DNA of 62,472 nt, from the NCBI GenBank assembly GCA_040754475.1, contig JBFMCN010000092.1, positions 1 through 62,472 on the forward strand, written 5' to 3'. Origin of the DNA: Actinomycetota bacterium. GTDB lineage: Bacteria; Actinomycetota; UBA4738; HRBIN12. Positions 43,767 to 57,265 of the stretch are shown one piece after another. Position numbers and translations under genes: made by a program. Positions within the stretch are counted from its first letter, which is position 1. The number at the start of each line of letters is the position of its first letter. The notes below the pieces were generated by a model that was not told the origin of the DNA, ran no database searches, and saw only the letters and a list, made by a program, of their open reading frames with translations.

Positions 43767-45086
43767 ATGAGCACTGTGGAGACGAGCGCGGGCGCGTTCG
43801 ACGAGGAGACACTGGCCGCGCTGCCGGCCTCGACCCCGTTCGTGAAGTCGCTTCGGAAGCAGGCGTTCGAGGAGTTCGTCGCGCTGCCGATCCCGTCGCA
43901 GGAGACCGAGGAATGGCGCTACACGGACCTGTCCGACCTGAACCTGTCCTTCACGCCGTTTGCGGCCGGAGGCAAGGCGGACAACCTGGACGACGTTCCC
44001 GGCGAGATCCTGGAGGCCGCGGGCGTCGTTGGCGAACGAGCCGGGCTCCAGATCCAGCGGAACTCCGAGGTCATGGTCGCGCACCTGGATCCGGAGCTCG
44101 CGGCCAAGGGCGTCGTCTTCGCCGATCTAGACCGCGCGGCCGCCGAGCATCCCGACCTCGTCGAACCGAACCTCCACGCTCTGGTGCCGACCTCGCGCAC
44201 CAAGTTCACCGCCCTTCACGGCGCCTTCCGAGCCGGCGGTACGTTCCTGTACGTGCCCCCGGCCGTGACCGTCGAGCTGCCGCTGCAAACCCTCACGTAT
44301 CTGGACGCGGACGGCGCCGCGGTCTTTCCACACACCCTGATCGTTGTCGGGGAGGACGCCGAGGTGACGTTCATCGACCGCTTCGCCTCGCCGAACCTCA
44401 CGCGGGGCCTCTCAGACGCGATCGTCGAGATCTACGCGGGGCCCGCATCGCGGGTCCGCTACGTGTCGATCCAGGAGTGGGGGGACGGCGTCACGCACCT
44501 CGGCATCCAGCGCACGCACGTGGAGCGGGACGCCGACTTCCGCTCGCTCGCCGTGGGGTTCGGCGCCTCGCTCGCCCGCGCCGAGGCCGAGAGCCTCCTC
44601 GCGGGGCCGGGAGGATCAAGCGAGATGCTCGGCGTGTACTTCGCTGACGGGACCCAGCACTTCGACCACCGCTCGGAGCAGGATCATCTGGCGCCGGGCT
44701 GTACCAGCGACCTGCTCTACAAGGGAGCGCTCCGGGACCGATCCAGAGGCGTCTACTCCGGTTGGGTGCACGTGCGGCCGGGTGCCCAGAAGACAGACGC
44801 CATGCAGACCAGCCGCAACATCCTGCTCTCGGAGGGGGCCTTCGGCCGCGCCATCCCCAACCTCGAGATCGAGGCGAACGACGTGCGCTGTGGCCACGCG
44901 GCGAGCGTGGGACCCGTCGAGGAGGAGACGCTCTTCTACCTCGAGAGTCGCGGGATCCCCCGCAAGGAGGCCGAGCGCCTGATCGTGTTCGGGTTCTTCA
45001 ACGAGGTCCTGGACCGGGTGCTCCTGGAGGAAGTCCGCGACAGCGTCACTGCGGCCATCGAGGCCGAGCTGGCGAGGGGGGGCTGA
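43767..45086 (+). CDS. sufD: Fe-S cluster assembly protein SufD
   Basis: 439 aa. SufB/SufD-family beta-helix C-terminal region (…SRNILLSEGAFGRAIPNLEIEANDVRCGHAASVGP…). Confidence 0.9.
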   Translation: MSTVETSAGAFDEETLAALPASTPFVKSLRKQAFEEFVALPIPSQETEEWRYTDLSDLNLSFTPFAAGGKADNLDDVPGEILEAAGVVGERAGLQIQRNSEVMVAHLDPELAAKGVVFADLDRAAAEHPDLVEPNLHALVPTSRTKFTALHGAFRAGGTFLYVPPAVTVELPLQTLTYLDADGAAVFPHTLIVVGEDAEVTFIDRFASPNLTRGLSDAIVEIYAGPASRVRYVSIQEWGDGVTHLGIQRTHVERDADFRSLAVGFGASLARAEAESLLAGPGGSSEMLGVYFADGTQHFDHRSEQDHLAPGCTSDLLYKGALRDRSRGVYSGWVHVRPGAQKTDAMQTSRNILLSEGAFGRAIPNLEIEANDVRCGHAASVGPVEEETLFYLESRGIPRKEAERLIVFGFFNEVLDRVLLEEVRDSVTAAIEAELARGG

Positions 45087-45087
45087 G

Positions 45088-45411
45088 ATGCCGCTCACAA
45101 GGATCTGCGCCGTGACGGACGTCCCCGAGGGGGAGGCGCGAAGGTTCGAGGTCGGCGACCGGCCGGTCGCCGTCGTGAACCTGGGCGAGGAGGGTTTCCG
45201 CGCGGTCGATTCGATCTGCTCGCATGCGCGCTACTTCCTCGACGAGGGCGAGGTGGACGTCGACTTGGAGACCATCGAGTGCCCGAAGCACGGCTCCACG
45301 TTCGACCTGAACACCGGCGAGCCGCGGACCCTCCCCGCGACGGTGCCGGTGCAGACCTTTCCAGTGAGGATCGACGACGACGATGTTCTGATCGAGGTGA
45401 CCGATGACTGA
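45088..45411 (+). CDS. Rieske [2Fe-2S] ferredoxin-like protein
   Basis: CSH...(17)...CPKHG Rieske ligand motifs. 107 aa, wedged between sufD and sufC. Confidence 0.85.
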   Translation: MPLTRICAVTDVPEGEARRFEVGDRPVAVVNLGEEGFRAVDSICSHARYFLDEGEVDVDLETIECPKHGSTFDLNTGEPRTLPATVPVQTFPVRIDDDDVLIEVTDD

Positions 45412-46198
45412 CACGGCGGTAGCAACGGTGACTCTCGAGATCCGCGAGCTTCGCGCGGAGGTCGAGGGCAAGGAGATCCTCAAAGGCATCGACCTGGTGG
45501 TCCGCCAGGGCGAGACGCACGCGCTCATGGGTCCAAACGGCTCCGGCAAGTCGACGCTTGCCAATGTGCTGATGGGTCGGCCGGGGTACACGGTGACCGG
45601 GGGCGAGGTCCTGTTCAAGGGCGAGGACCTGCTCCAGCTCACGGCCGACGAGCGGGCCAAGCGCGGGTTGTTCCTGGCGATGCAGTACCCGGTCGAGGTT
45701 CCCGGCGTCTCGGTCGTCAACTTCCTGCGGACCGCTTACCAGTCCATCAATGGCGGGGACATCAGCGCCTTGGCGTTCCGCAAGCACATGAAGGAGAAGA
45801 TGAACCTGCTCGGCGTCGAGGACGCCATGGTCAACCGGTATGTGAACCAGGGCTTCTCCGGTGGTGAGAAGAAGCGGAACGAGATCCTCCAGCTTGCCGT
45901 GCTGGAGCCGGAGATTGCGATCCTGGACGAGACCGACTCGGGGCTTGACATCGACTCGCTGAAGCAGGTGGCCACAGGGGTCGAGCAGCTGATCGGACCG
46001 GGCCTCGGCGTGCTGCTTATCACGCACTACCAGCGGATCCTGAACTACATAACGCCGGACTTCGTCCACGTCATGCTTGACGGTCGTATCGTGCAGTCGG
46101 GCGGCGAGGAGCTCGCGCACGAGCTCGAGGCCAAAGGCTACGAGGGCATCCGCAAGGAGCTCGAAGTCGAGGGAGGCGGCGAGCCGGGCGCGGACTGA
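45404..46198 (+). CDS. sufC: Fe-S cluster assembly ATPase SufC
   Basis: Walker A GPNGSGKST, signature FSGGEKKR, Walker B ILDETDSGLD. Confidence 0.93.
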   Translation: MTDTAVATVTLEIRELRAEVEGKEILKGIDLVVRQGETHALMGPNGSGKSTLANVLMGRPGYTVTGGEVLFKGEDLLQLTADERAKRGLFLAMQYPVEVPGVSVVNFLRTAYQSINGGDISALAFRKHMKEKMNLLGVEDAMVNRYVNQGFSGGEKKRNEILQLAVLEPEIAILDETDSGLDIDSLKQVATGVEQLIGPGLGVLLITHYQRILNYITPDFVHVMLDGRIVQSGGEELAHELEAKGYEGIRKELEVEGGGEPGAD

Positions 46199-46214
46199 AG
46201 GAGGCGAACGCGCG

Positions 46215-47465
46215 ATGTCGGTGACCGAGGAGGCCAAGGGCGCGCTCGACGTCGCCCGGGTCAGGGCGGACTTCCCGATCCTTGCCCGTACAGTCGAGGG
46301 GAAGCCGCTCGTCTACCTGGACAGCGCAGCGACCTCGCAGAAGCCGCGGCAGGTCATCGACGCTGAGCGCGAGTACTACGAGCGCCACAATGCCAATGCC
46401 CACCGGGGGATGCACCTGCTCGCGGAGGAGTCCACCGAGCTCTACGAGGGCGCACGAGCCAAGGTGGCCACGTTCCTCGGGGCTCCAGACCCGGCGACCA
46501 TCATCTTCAATCGCGGCACGACGGAGTCGGTGAACCTGGTCGCGCATGGCTGGGGCCGCAAGTTCCTGAAAGAGGGCGACGAGGTCCTCCTCACGGACAT
46601 GGAGCACCACTCCAACGTGGTCCCCTGGCAGCTCTGCGCGAGGGACACGGGGGCGGCGCTCCGGTACGTCCCGCTGACCGACGACGGCCTGCTCGACCTG
46701 TCGGACCTGGGGTCGCTGCTCACGGACAGGACGAAGATCCTCGCGGTCACCGGGATGTCGAACGCGCTCGGCACGATCCCACCGCTCCGGGGGCTGATCG
46801 AGGCCGCGCACGCGTCCGGCGCGCTCGTGCTGGTCGACGGCGCCCAGCTCGTGCCGCACACGAGCGTGAATGTGGCGGATCTCGGCTGCGACTTCCTCGC
46901 CTTCTCGGGCCACAAGATGCTCGGGCCGACGGCGTCGGGGGGCCTGTACGCGAAGCGGGAGCTGCTGGAGGACATGGATCCGTTCCTCGGCGGCGGCGAG
47001 ATGATCAGCGAGGTCTTCCACGACCACTCGACCTGGAACGCGGTGCCGCTCAAGTTCGAGGCGGGGACTATGAACATCGCTCAGGAGGTCGCACTCGGCG
47101 CAGCCGTGGACTATCTGGAGGCGCTCGGCATGGGCAACGTCCGTGCCCACGAGGAGGAGGTAACCGGATATGCGATGGACCGCCTCCTCGAGGCCGGTGC
47201 CACGGTGTTCGGACCGAAGGACACGAGCATCCGGGGGGGTGCGGTGTCCTTCTGGTACAAGGACATCCACCCGCACGATCTCGCGACGGTCCTCAACGAG
47301 GAGGGGATCGCGATCCGCGCCGGGCACCACTGCGCGCAGCTGGTGATGCGCCGTTTCGGCGTGCCTGCCACGGCGCGGGCGTCGTTCTACGTCTACAACA
47401 CCAAGGAGGAGGTCGACGCGCTGGTGGCCGCGCTCGCGAAGGCCGAGTCCGTGTTCGGTCTGTGA
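46215..47465 (+). CDS. sufS: Cysteine desulfurase SufS (class V aminotransferase)
   Basis: ATG 46215 (MSVTEEAKG). YLDSAATSQKP, HHSNVVPW, PLP-Lys SGHKMLGPT, catalytic Cys RAGHHCAQ. Confidence 0.93.
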   Translation: MSVTEEAKGALDVARVRADFPILARTVEGKPLVYLDSAATSQKPRQVIDAEREYYERHNANAHRGMHLLAEESTELYEGARAKVATFLGAPDPATIIFNRGTTESVNLVAHGWGRKFLKEGDEVLLTDMEHHSNVVPWQLCARDTGAALRYVPLTDDGLLDLSDLGSLLTDRTKILAVTGMSNALGTIPPLRGLIEAAHASGALVLVDGAQLVPHTSVNVADLGCDFLAFSGHKMLGPTASGGLYAKRELLEDMDPFLGGGEMISEVFHDHSTWNAVPLKFEAGTMNIAQEVALGAAVDYLEALGMGNVRAHEEEVTGYAMDRLLEAGATVFGPKDTSIRGGAVSFWYKDIHPHDLATVLNEEGIAIRAGHHCAQLVMRRFGVPATARASFYVYNTKEEVDALVAALAKAESVFGL

Positions 47466-47477
47466 GGGAAGGATTCC

Positions 47478-47930
47478 GTGCCGCTCGACGACATCTACAA
47501 AGAGGTCATCCTCGACCACTACAAGAGGCCTCGGAACAAGCGCGAGATGCCGGAGGCCGAGCGTTCCTGCTCGCGAAACAACCCGCTCTGCGGGGACGAG
47601 ATCACCGTCTTCGTGCACGAGGAAGACGGGAGAGTGGCGGCCGTCTCGTTCGTGGGGCGAGGGTGCTCGATCTCGCAGAGCTCCGCCTCGATGATGACGG
47701 AGGCAATCACGGGGAAGACGCTCGAGGAAGCCGGGCGGCTGGTCGCGGACTTCCGCGCGATGATGGCCGGCGAGGCCGATCCCGGCGAGGACCAGCTTGG
47801 CGATCTCGTTGCCCTCAAGGGCGTGGTGAGGTACCCGATCCGTATCAAGTGCGCGGTGCTCGCGTGGGACGTCCTCCAGGAGGCGCTGCAGGGCTCCGAC
47901 GGTGAGGCTGCTGGCTCCTCCGTCCACTAG
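47478..47930 (+). CDS. sufU: SufU/IscU-type sulfur acceptor scaffold
   Basis: YKEVILDHYKRPRN, NPLCGDE, GRGCSISQSSASMM, C-terminal KCAVLAW. Confidence 0.9.
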   Translation: MPLDDIYKEVILDHYKRPRNKREMPEAERSCSRNNPLCGDEITVFVHEEDGRVAAVSFVGRGCSISQSSASMMTEAITGKTLEEAGRLVADFRAMMAGEADPGEDQLGDLVALKGVVRYPIRIKCAVLAWDVLQEALQGSDGEAAGSSVH

Positions 47931-47960
47931 GGTGGAGGAGTGCTCCTGCGGTGGTAGCGG

Positions 47961-48959
47961 ATGAAGATCGTCTTCTCGGAGGACGGGCGTGACTTCGCCC
48001 GCCGCGACTGGGGCAGCCTCGTCCGAAACGATCCCGCCTCGACCGTCTTCCATACCCCTCAGTTCCTCAAGCTCTACTGGGAGGCGTTCGGCGAGCGCCC
48101 CGAGCATCTGCTGCTCGCCTTCGGGGAGGCCGAGGACGGCGCGCAGCTGGGTGCGGTCGCGTTCGAGCGGGTAAGGGGCACGCTCCGGTTCCTCGGCGGG
48201 ACCGAGGTGACGGACTACATGGGACCAGTCGCCGCGCCCGGCACAGAGGGCGCGTTCGCGAGGGAGCTGTTCGCAGCGCTCGATCGGCGTGACGATTGGT
48301 CGAGCGCGGATCTCCGGGGCCTCCTGGAGAACGGTCCCTGGTTGGAGCGGCTCGCGGGGTCGGCGTCTGCACGAGGGTTCTCGGTTGAGGTCGTAGACGA
48401 CAAGAACGGCGTGGCGCCGTTCATCTCGCTGCCCGGCTCATACGACGCATACCTGGCGCAGCTTCCTGCCAAGCTCCGGCACGAGATCAGGCGGAAGGCG
48501 AGGAGGCTGGAGGCCGAAGCGGGCTCGTACCGGATCACCCTCGCCCAAGAGGACACGCTGAAGGAGTGCCTGGATCGCTTCGTTGCGCTCCATCGGTCGA
48601 GCGAGGGACCAAAGGGTGTGTTCCTCCAGCCCCACATGGAGCTGTTCTTCCGCCGCCTTGGCGAGGTGTTCCTGCCACGCGGGATCTTCAACCTGGCCTT
48701 CATCGAGACCGACGGACAGAAGATCGCTGGCACGATCGGCTTTCGATTCGAGGGGACCTACTACCTCTACAACTCCGCTTTCGACAGAGAGTGGCGGCGG
48801 CTGTCGCCCGGCATGGTCCTGGTCGCGGAGGACATCCGTATCGCGATCGAGGCGGGTTGCGCCGGGTTCGACCTGCTGAAGGGCGACTACGGGTACAAGT
48901 ACCGATTCGGCGCTCACCCTCGGCGCGTGAAGAGGATCATCGCGCGCAGAGCCGGCTAG
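47961..48959 (+). CDS. GNAT-fold acyltransferase of the FemAB-like/CelD (Acetyltransf_6, COG5653) type
   Basis: 332 aa. C-terminal pattern YLYNSAFD...SPGMVL...FDLLKGDYGYKYRFGA is typical of this family. Confidence 0.7.
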   Translation: MKIVFSEDGRDFARRDWGSLVRNDPASTVFHTPQFLKLYWEAFGERPEHLLLAFGEAEDGAQLGAVAFERVRGTLRFLGGTEVTDYMGPVAAPGTEGAFARELFAALDRRDDWSSADLRGLLENGPWLERLAGSASARGFSVEVVDDKNGVAPFISLPGSYDAYLAQLPAKLRHEIRRKARRLEAEAGSYRITLAQEDTLKECLDRFVALHRSSEGPKGVFLQPHMELFFRRLGEVFLPRGIFNLAFIETDGQKIAGTIGFRFEGTYYLYNSAFDREWRRLSPGMVLVAEDIRIAIEAGCAGFDLLKGDYGYKYRFGAHPRRVKRIIARRAG

Positions 48960-49007
48960 GCGGATGCTTTCCGACGCCGTTGGCGCTGCCGAGCTATCCT
49001 GCGGCGC

Positions 49008-49478
49008 GTGAGCGGAGCGATCGACCGTTTCCTCGATGCCGCGCAGGTCCTCGGGCGCGAGGTCGAGGTGCGGCGCTTCCCCCAGGGGACGAAGACCGCG
49101 CAAGACGCTGCGCGGGCAATCGGCTGCGAGGTCGGGCAGATCGTGAAGTGTCTGGTGTTCGTTGCGGGGGATCGGCCGGTGCTAGCCATGACCTCGGGGG
49201 CGAACCGGGTCGACACGGAGCGGCTCGCGGCGCTTGTGGGCGCAAGGAAGGCGCGCCGTGCTACCCCCGATGAGGTCCGAGAAGTGACGGGGTTCGCGAT
49301 CGGAGGCACCCCGCCCTTCGGGCATCCACAGCGCCTGGTCACGTTCTTGGACCGGGACCTCACGGGCTACGACGCGATTTGGGCGGGGGCCGGAGCGCCG
49401 GATGCCGTCTTCTGCGCGTCGCCCCAGGAGCTCCTCGCCGCGACGGACGCCACGGTCGCGGACATAAGGGAGGTCTGA
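49008..49478 (+). CDS. YbaK/ProX-type aminoacyl-tRNA trans-editing (deacylase) domain protein
   Basis: 156 aa. KCLVF..., and TGFAIGGTPPFGH, characteristic of the YbaK/EbsC family. Confidence 0.8.
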   Translation: MSGAIDRFLDAAQVLGREVEVRRFPQGTKTAQDAARAIGCEVGQIVKCLVFVAGDRPVLAMTSGANRVDTERLAALVGARKARRATPDEVREVTGFAIGGTPPFGHPQRLVTFLDRDLTGYDAIWAGAGAPDAVFCASPQELLAATDATVADIREV

Positions 49479-49517
49479 CCCGCAGCTCGTCCCAGGATCG
49501 GGACAGACGCCGGAGGC

Positions 49518-53168
<3,651 letters not shown>

Positions 53169-53200
53169 AGGCGACACATCGTACCTTGCGTCTGACCAGG

Positions 53201-53226
53201 ATCGTCGGCGACTCGTCGCCGACGAT
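53201..53226 (-). terminator. Perfect GC-rich hairpin ATCGTCGGCGAC-TC-GTCGCCGACGAT between the AKR gene and metH
   Basis: 12-nt arms read from the sequence (effective ~10-bp stem). Located 41 nt past the AKR stop. No U-tract. Confidence 0.4.
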
Positions 53227-53266
53227 GCGAACTGATCTGAGGACGCCCGGGCCGGCTGCGGCTCGT

Positions 53267-54226
53267 CTACCCGAACGCCGGGCCGAGGGGTAGCAGCTCC
53301 TCCAGTTCGGTGAGGGTCGCTTCGTCGAGCTCGACCTCGCCGGCGGCGGCATTGGAGCGGACGTGCTCCGGGTTGCGGCTGCCGGCGATCGCGGCGGTGA
53401 CTCCCGGCTGGTGGAAGTTCCAGGCGAGAGCGAGCTGTGCGAGCGTGACGCCCAGGCGGTCGGCGATCGGCCGCATGGCGCCTGCGACGGCGAGGCTTCG
53501 CTCGATCCTCCCGGGCTTGAACATCTCGTCGTAGGGGTGCCAATAGTCGGGGGTCCCGCGAAAGTCGCCCGGCGCGAAGGTAGTTCCGGAGCCGATCGCA
53601 CCGCTCAGCAGGCCGTATGCGAGCGGGCCGTACGAGAGCACGCCGACGCCGGCTTCGCCGCACCAGCGGATCAGCTCCCGGTCGTCCAGGTGGAGCATCG
53701 AGAGCTCCTGCTGCAGCGAATCCACACGTCGAACCTCCTCGCAACGCTCGATCATGCCCCGGTCGAAGTTCGACACGCCGGCGAACCGGACGAGACCCTC
53801 GTCCACGAGGGCGGCCATCGCCCCCCATGTGTCCTCCACCGGGACTCCGGCTTCGTCCGGCCAGTGCAGCTGGTACACGTCGATTCGGTCGGTCTGCAGA
53901 CGCTGCAGGCTCTTCCTGCAGGCCTTGCCAATCTGATCCGGGCGGAACCCGGTGCCGTCGGGCTCGGGTGCGACCTTCGTGGCGATCAGGACCTCGTCCC
54001 GGCGACCGGCGATCGCCCGGCCGACAAGCTCCTCCGACCTTCCGTCTCCGTAGACCTCTGCGGTGTCGATCCAGTTGATGCCCGTGTCGAGCACGGTGCG
54101 GATGGCCTGCACGATCTGGTCCTCGGGCGGAGCCACTCCCCACTCGCGTCCCATGCCGGCCTCCCAGGCCCCGAAACCGACGACGGAGAGGTCCGGTCCG
54201 GCATGACCCAGACGCGCTGTCCTCAT
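53267..54226 (-). CDS. Aldo/keto reductase
   Basis: 319 aa from [19 protein letters not shown] (ATG 54226, GGGAGG RBS). AKR motifs IDTAEVYG and LHWPD. Confidence 0.88.
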   Translation of the reverse strand: MRTARLGHAGPDLSVVGFGAWEAGMGREWGVAPPEDQIVQAIRTVLDTGINWIDTAEVYGDGRSEELVGRAIAGRRDEVLIATKVAPEPDGTGFRPDQIGKACRKSLQRLQTDRIDVYQLHWPDEAGVPVEDTWGAMAALVDEGLVRFAGVSNFDRGMIERCEEVRRVDSLQQELSMLHLDDRELIRWCGEAGVGVLSYGPLAYGLLSGAIGSGTTFAPGDFRGTPDYWHPYDEMFKPGRIERSLAVAGAMRPIADRLGVTLAQLALAWNFHQPGVTAAIAGSRNPEHVRSNAAAGEVELDEATLTELEELLPLGPAFG

Positions 54227-54359
54227 GTCGACACACCTCCCGATCGAGGGATGGGGACAATCTACCGTCTGCCCGATCCCAGCCAAGAGGAGGCTGTAGG
54301 CTAGGGAGTGGATCACCCCCACACGTAGGGAGGCGGCCGGGCGCCGCCCGGCACACAAC

Positions 54360-56198
54360 ATGACCAAGGCGGTCGAAGAGAAAGACCACGTCGTCATCCG
54401 GTTCGCCGGCGACTCGGGTGACGGGATGCAACTAGCCGGCGAGAGATTCACGAACGCGACGGCGGTCCTCGGCAACGACCTCGCGACACTCCCGGACTTC
54501 CCGGCCGAGATACGTGCGCCCGCAGGGACGGTGCAGGGCGTCTCGGCGTTCCAGATCCAGTTCGCTGCGGGCGACGTCACGACGCCGGGCGACCATCCCA
54601 ACGTGTTGGTCGCCATGAACCCCGCGGCCCTGAAGGCCGAGCTCGGATCGGTACCGAAGGGCGGCACGGTCATCGTCAACGAGGACGCCTTCGCCGGGCG
54701 GAACCTCGAGAAGGCCGGCTACGGCTCCGACCCGCTCCGGGACGGCACGCTCGACGGCTACCTCGTCTATCGGGTCCCGATGACCTCGATCACCGTCCGC
54801 GCGATCGAGGAGATCGGCCTCACTCGAAGGGAGGCCGAGCGGTCCAAGAACATGTTCGCGCTCGGGCTCCTGTCGTGGATGTACGGGCGGCCCACGGAAG
54901 TCACGTTGGACTGGCTGGACAGGACGTTCCGGACGAAGCCGCATCTCCACGACGCGAACGTGGCCGCGTTCAAGGCCGGATACAACTTCGGGGAGACGAC
55001 GGAGGTCTTCGGCACCACCTACCGGGTGAAGCCGGCTCCGGCGATGCCCGGCGTATACCGGAACGTCTCGGGCTCGACGGCGCTGGCCCTCGGCCTGGTG
55101 GCCGCGAGCAAGCGGGGCGGGCTGCCGCTCTTCTATGCGAGCTACCCGATCACACCGGCCTCGGATCTGCTTCACGAGCTGTCGCGGCTCGAGGACTTCG
55201 GTGTCCGAACGCTCCAGGCGGAGGACGAGATCGCCGCCGCCGGGATCGCGCTCGGAGCCGCGTTCGCCGGAAGCCTCGGCGTCACCGGCACAAGCGGTCC
55301 GGGCATGGATCTGAAGGCTGAGACCGTCGGTCTCGCCGTCATGCTCGAGCTGCCGATGGTCATCGTCGACGTGCAGCGCGCCGGCCCGTCCACCGGCATG
55401 CCCACGAAGACCGAGGCGTCTGATCTCCTCGCTGCGATGTTCGGACGCCACGGCGAGTCACCGGTTCCGATCGTCGCCGCCCACACGCCGGCAAGCTGCT
55501 TCGAGGCGGCCATCGAGGCGTGCCGGATCGCGGTCGAGTACCGGACGCCTGTGATCCTTCTCTCCGACACGTTCCTCAGCAACTCGTCCGAGCCGTGGCG
55601 GATTCCGGAGATCGACTCCCTGCCGGTGATCGACCCCGACTTCGCGGCCCAACCGAACGCTGGGACCGAGTTCCTGCCGTATCTGCGCGACGAGAACCTC
55701 GTCAGGCCCTGGGCCACCCCCGGCACCCCGGGGCTGAGGCATCAGATCGGCGGGTTGGAGAAGGATGAGTCCGGGGGCATCAGCTACGACGCCCAGAACC
55801 ACGAGCGAATGACACACATCCGGGCGGCGAAGGTGGAGAGGATCGCCGACGACATCCCGTCGCTCGGCGTGGATGACCCGGGGGGCGACGCGGAGCTGCT
55901 CGTCCTGGGCTGGGGCTCTTCGTACGGGGCGATCCAGGCCGCGGCGCGGCGCGTCCGCGAGCGCGGAGTGAAAGTGGCGACGGCGCACTTCCACCATCTC
56001 AACCCGTTCCCGAAGAACACGGGCGAGGTAGTGCGTGCCTACCCGACGGTCCTGATCCCGGAGATGAACACGGGACAGCTGGCCCTGCTGATCCGCGGTA
56101 GATACCTGGTCGACGCGAGGAGCTTCTCGAAGGTTCGAGGTCAGCCGATCTTCGCGGAGGAGCTGGAGAACGAGATCCTGAAGGTGATGGAGGCATGA
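54360..56198 (+). CDS. korA: 2-oxoglutarate/2-oxoacid:ferredoxin oxidoreductase, alpha subunit
   Basis: 612 aa. N-terminal gamma-like domain fused to the alpha domain, as in actinobacterial KorA. YPITPAS motif. Confidence 0.9.
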   Translation: MTKAVEEKDHVVIRFAGDSGDGMQLAGERFTNATAVLGNDLATLPDFPAEIRAPAGTVQGVSAFQIQFAAGDVTTPGDHPNVLVAMNPAALKAELGSVPKGGTVIVNEDAFAGRNLEKAGYGSDPLRDGTLDGYLVYRVPMTSITVRAIEEIGLTRREAERSKNMFALGLLSWMYGRPTEVTLDWLDRTFRTKPHLHDANVAAFKAGYNFGETTEVFGTTYRVKPAPAMPGVYRNVSGSTALALGLVAASKRGGLPLFYASYPITPASDLLHELSRLEDFGVRTLQAEDEIAAAGIALGAAFAGSLGVTGTSGPGMDLKAETVGLAVMLELPMVIVDVQRAGPSTGMPTKTEASDLLAAMFGRHGESPVPIVAAHTPASCFEAAIEACRIAVEYRTPVILLSDTFLSNSSEPWRIPEIDSLPVIDPDFAAQPNAGTEFLPYLRDENLVRPWATPGTPGLRHQIGGLEKDESGGISYDAQNHERMTHIRAAKVERIADDIPSLGVDDPGGDAELLVLGWGSSYGAIQAAARRVRERGVKVATAHFHHLNPFPKNTGEVVRAYPTVLIPEMNTGQLALLIRGRYLVDARSFSKVRGQPIFAEELENEILKVMEA

Positions 56199-57244
56199 GC
56201 GATCCGGATCACGCCGAGGGCAGGGGTGTCGGCCGGCCGGCCGTCGGCACGCTCGGGAAAGAGGACTTCATCGCCGACCGGGAGGTCCGTTGGTGCCCTG
56301 GCTGCGGGGACTACGCGATCCTCGCAACCGTCCAGTCGTTCATGCCGGAGCTTGGCGTGTCGCCCGAGAAGACCGTGTTCGTGTCGGGCATCGGCTGCTC
56401 GGGGCGATTCACCTACTACATGGACACGTACGGGGTTCATGGGATCCATGGTCGGGCGCCGGCCCTGGCGACCGGGATCGCGACCGCTCGGCCCGACCTC
56501 AACGTATGGGTCGTGACAGGAGACGGGGACGGGCTGTCCATCGGGGGCAACCACCTAATCCACGCCCTCCGGAGGAACGTGAATATCAAGATCCTTCTGT
56601 TCAACAACCAGATCTACGGTCTGACCAAGGGCCAGTACTCGCCGACCTCGGAGGAAGGGACCGTAACGAAGTCCACGCCGTTCGGCTCGATCGATCATCC
56701 GTTCAATCCGATCGCGCTTGCGCTCGGAGCGGAAGGGACGTTCGTCGCCAGGACGATCGACAACGACCGTCGGCACATGACGCAGGTGCTGCGTCAGGCG
56801 GCCGCGCACAGAGGGTCGGCCTTCGTCGAGATCTATCAGAACTGCAACGTATTCAACGACGGGGCGTTCGACCTGCTCCGAGAGAGGCTGGAGGGTTTCC
56901 ACAGCCAGATCAGGTTGGAGCACGGCAAGCCGGTGATCTTCGACGAAGGGAGGCGGTGCATCTCGGTCACCGAGAACGGAAGGCTCACGATAACCGAGGT
57001 GGCGGCCACACCCCCCGAGCGGATCGTCGTCCACGACGCGCACGGGCGACCGTCGCTCGCTTTTGCCCTCGCTCACACCGAGTCAAGGCCGACGGCGCCG
57101 AGCTGCATGGGCGTCTTCCGCGAGGTCGAAAGGCCGGTCTTCGGAGACGTGATGGACAGCCAGATCCAAGTGGCCAGGGACCGTCTGGGCGAGGGCGATC
57201 TCGAAAGCCTCCTTCACTCTGGAGACACTTGGACCGTGGAATGA
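56195..57244 (+). CDS. korB: 2-oxoglutarate/2-oxoacid:ferredoxin oxidoreductase, beta subunit (TPP-binding)
   Basis: WCPGCGDY, GIGCSGR, TGDGDGLSIGGNH. ATGA overlap with korA. Confidence 0.9.
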   Translation: MSDPDHAEGRGVGRPAVGTLGKEDFIADREVRWCPGCGDYAILATVQSFMPELGVSPEKTVFVSGIGCSGRFTYYMDTYGVHGIHGRAPALATGIATARPDLNVWVVTGDGDGLSIGGNHLIHALRRNVNIKILLFNNQIYGLTKGQYSPTSEEGTVTKSTPFGSIDHPFNPIALALGAEGTFVARTIDNDRRHMTQVLRQAAAHRGSAFVEIYQNCNVFNDGAFDLLRERLEGFHSQIRLEHGKPVIFDEGRRCISVTENGRLTITEVAATPPERIVVHDAHGRPSLAFALAHTESRPTAPSCMGVFREVERPVFGDVMDSQIQVARDRLGEGDLESLLHSGDTWTVE

Positions 57245-57265
57245 CGGAGCCCCGCCGGGGCCAAG

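Noticed and set aside
42300-43770. Target-site duplication or terminal inverted repeats flanking the sufB/sufD insertion
   Set aside because: Only the pentamer GATCA is shared by the two junctions (near 42318 and 43762), which is not significant. No IS-like ends or transposase were seen.
46071-48107. 678-aa minus-strand ORF opposite sufS/sufU
   Set aside because: Same reasoning: it is antisense to two motif-confirmed genes and its composition is Arg/Pro/Glu-rich with no motifs.
53169-54431. N-terminal 421-codon extension of the metH ORF (track entry 49518..54431)
   Set aside because: MetH homology begins at MAAPTRDAD (ATG 53168). The extension is Arg/Gly-rich and overlaps the AKR gene in another frame on the same strand.
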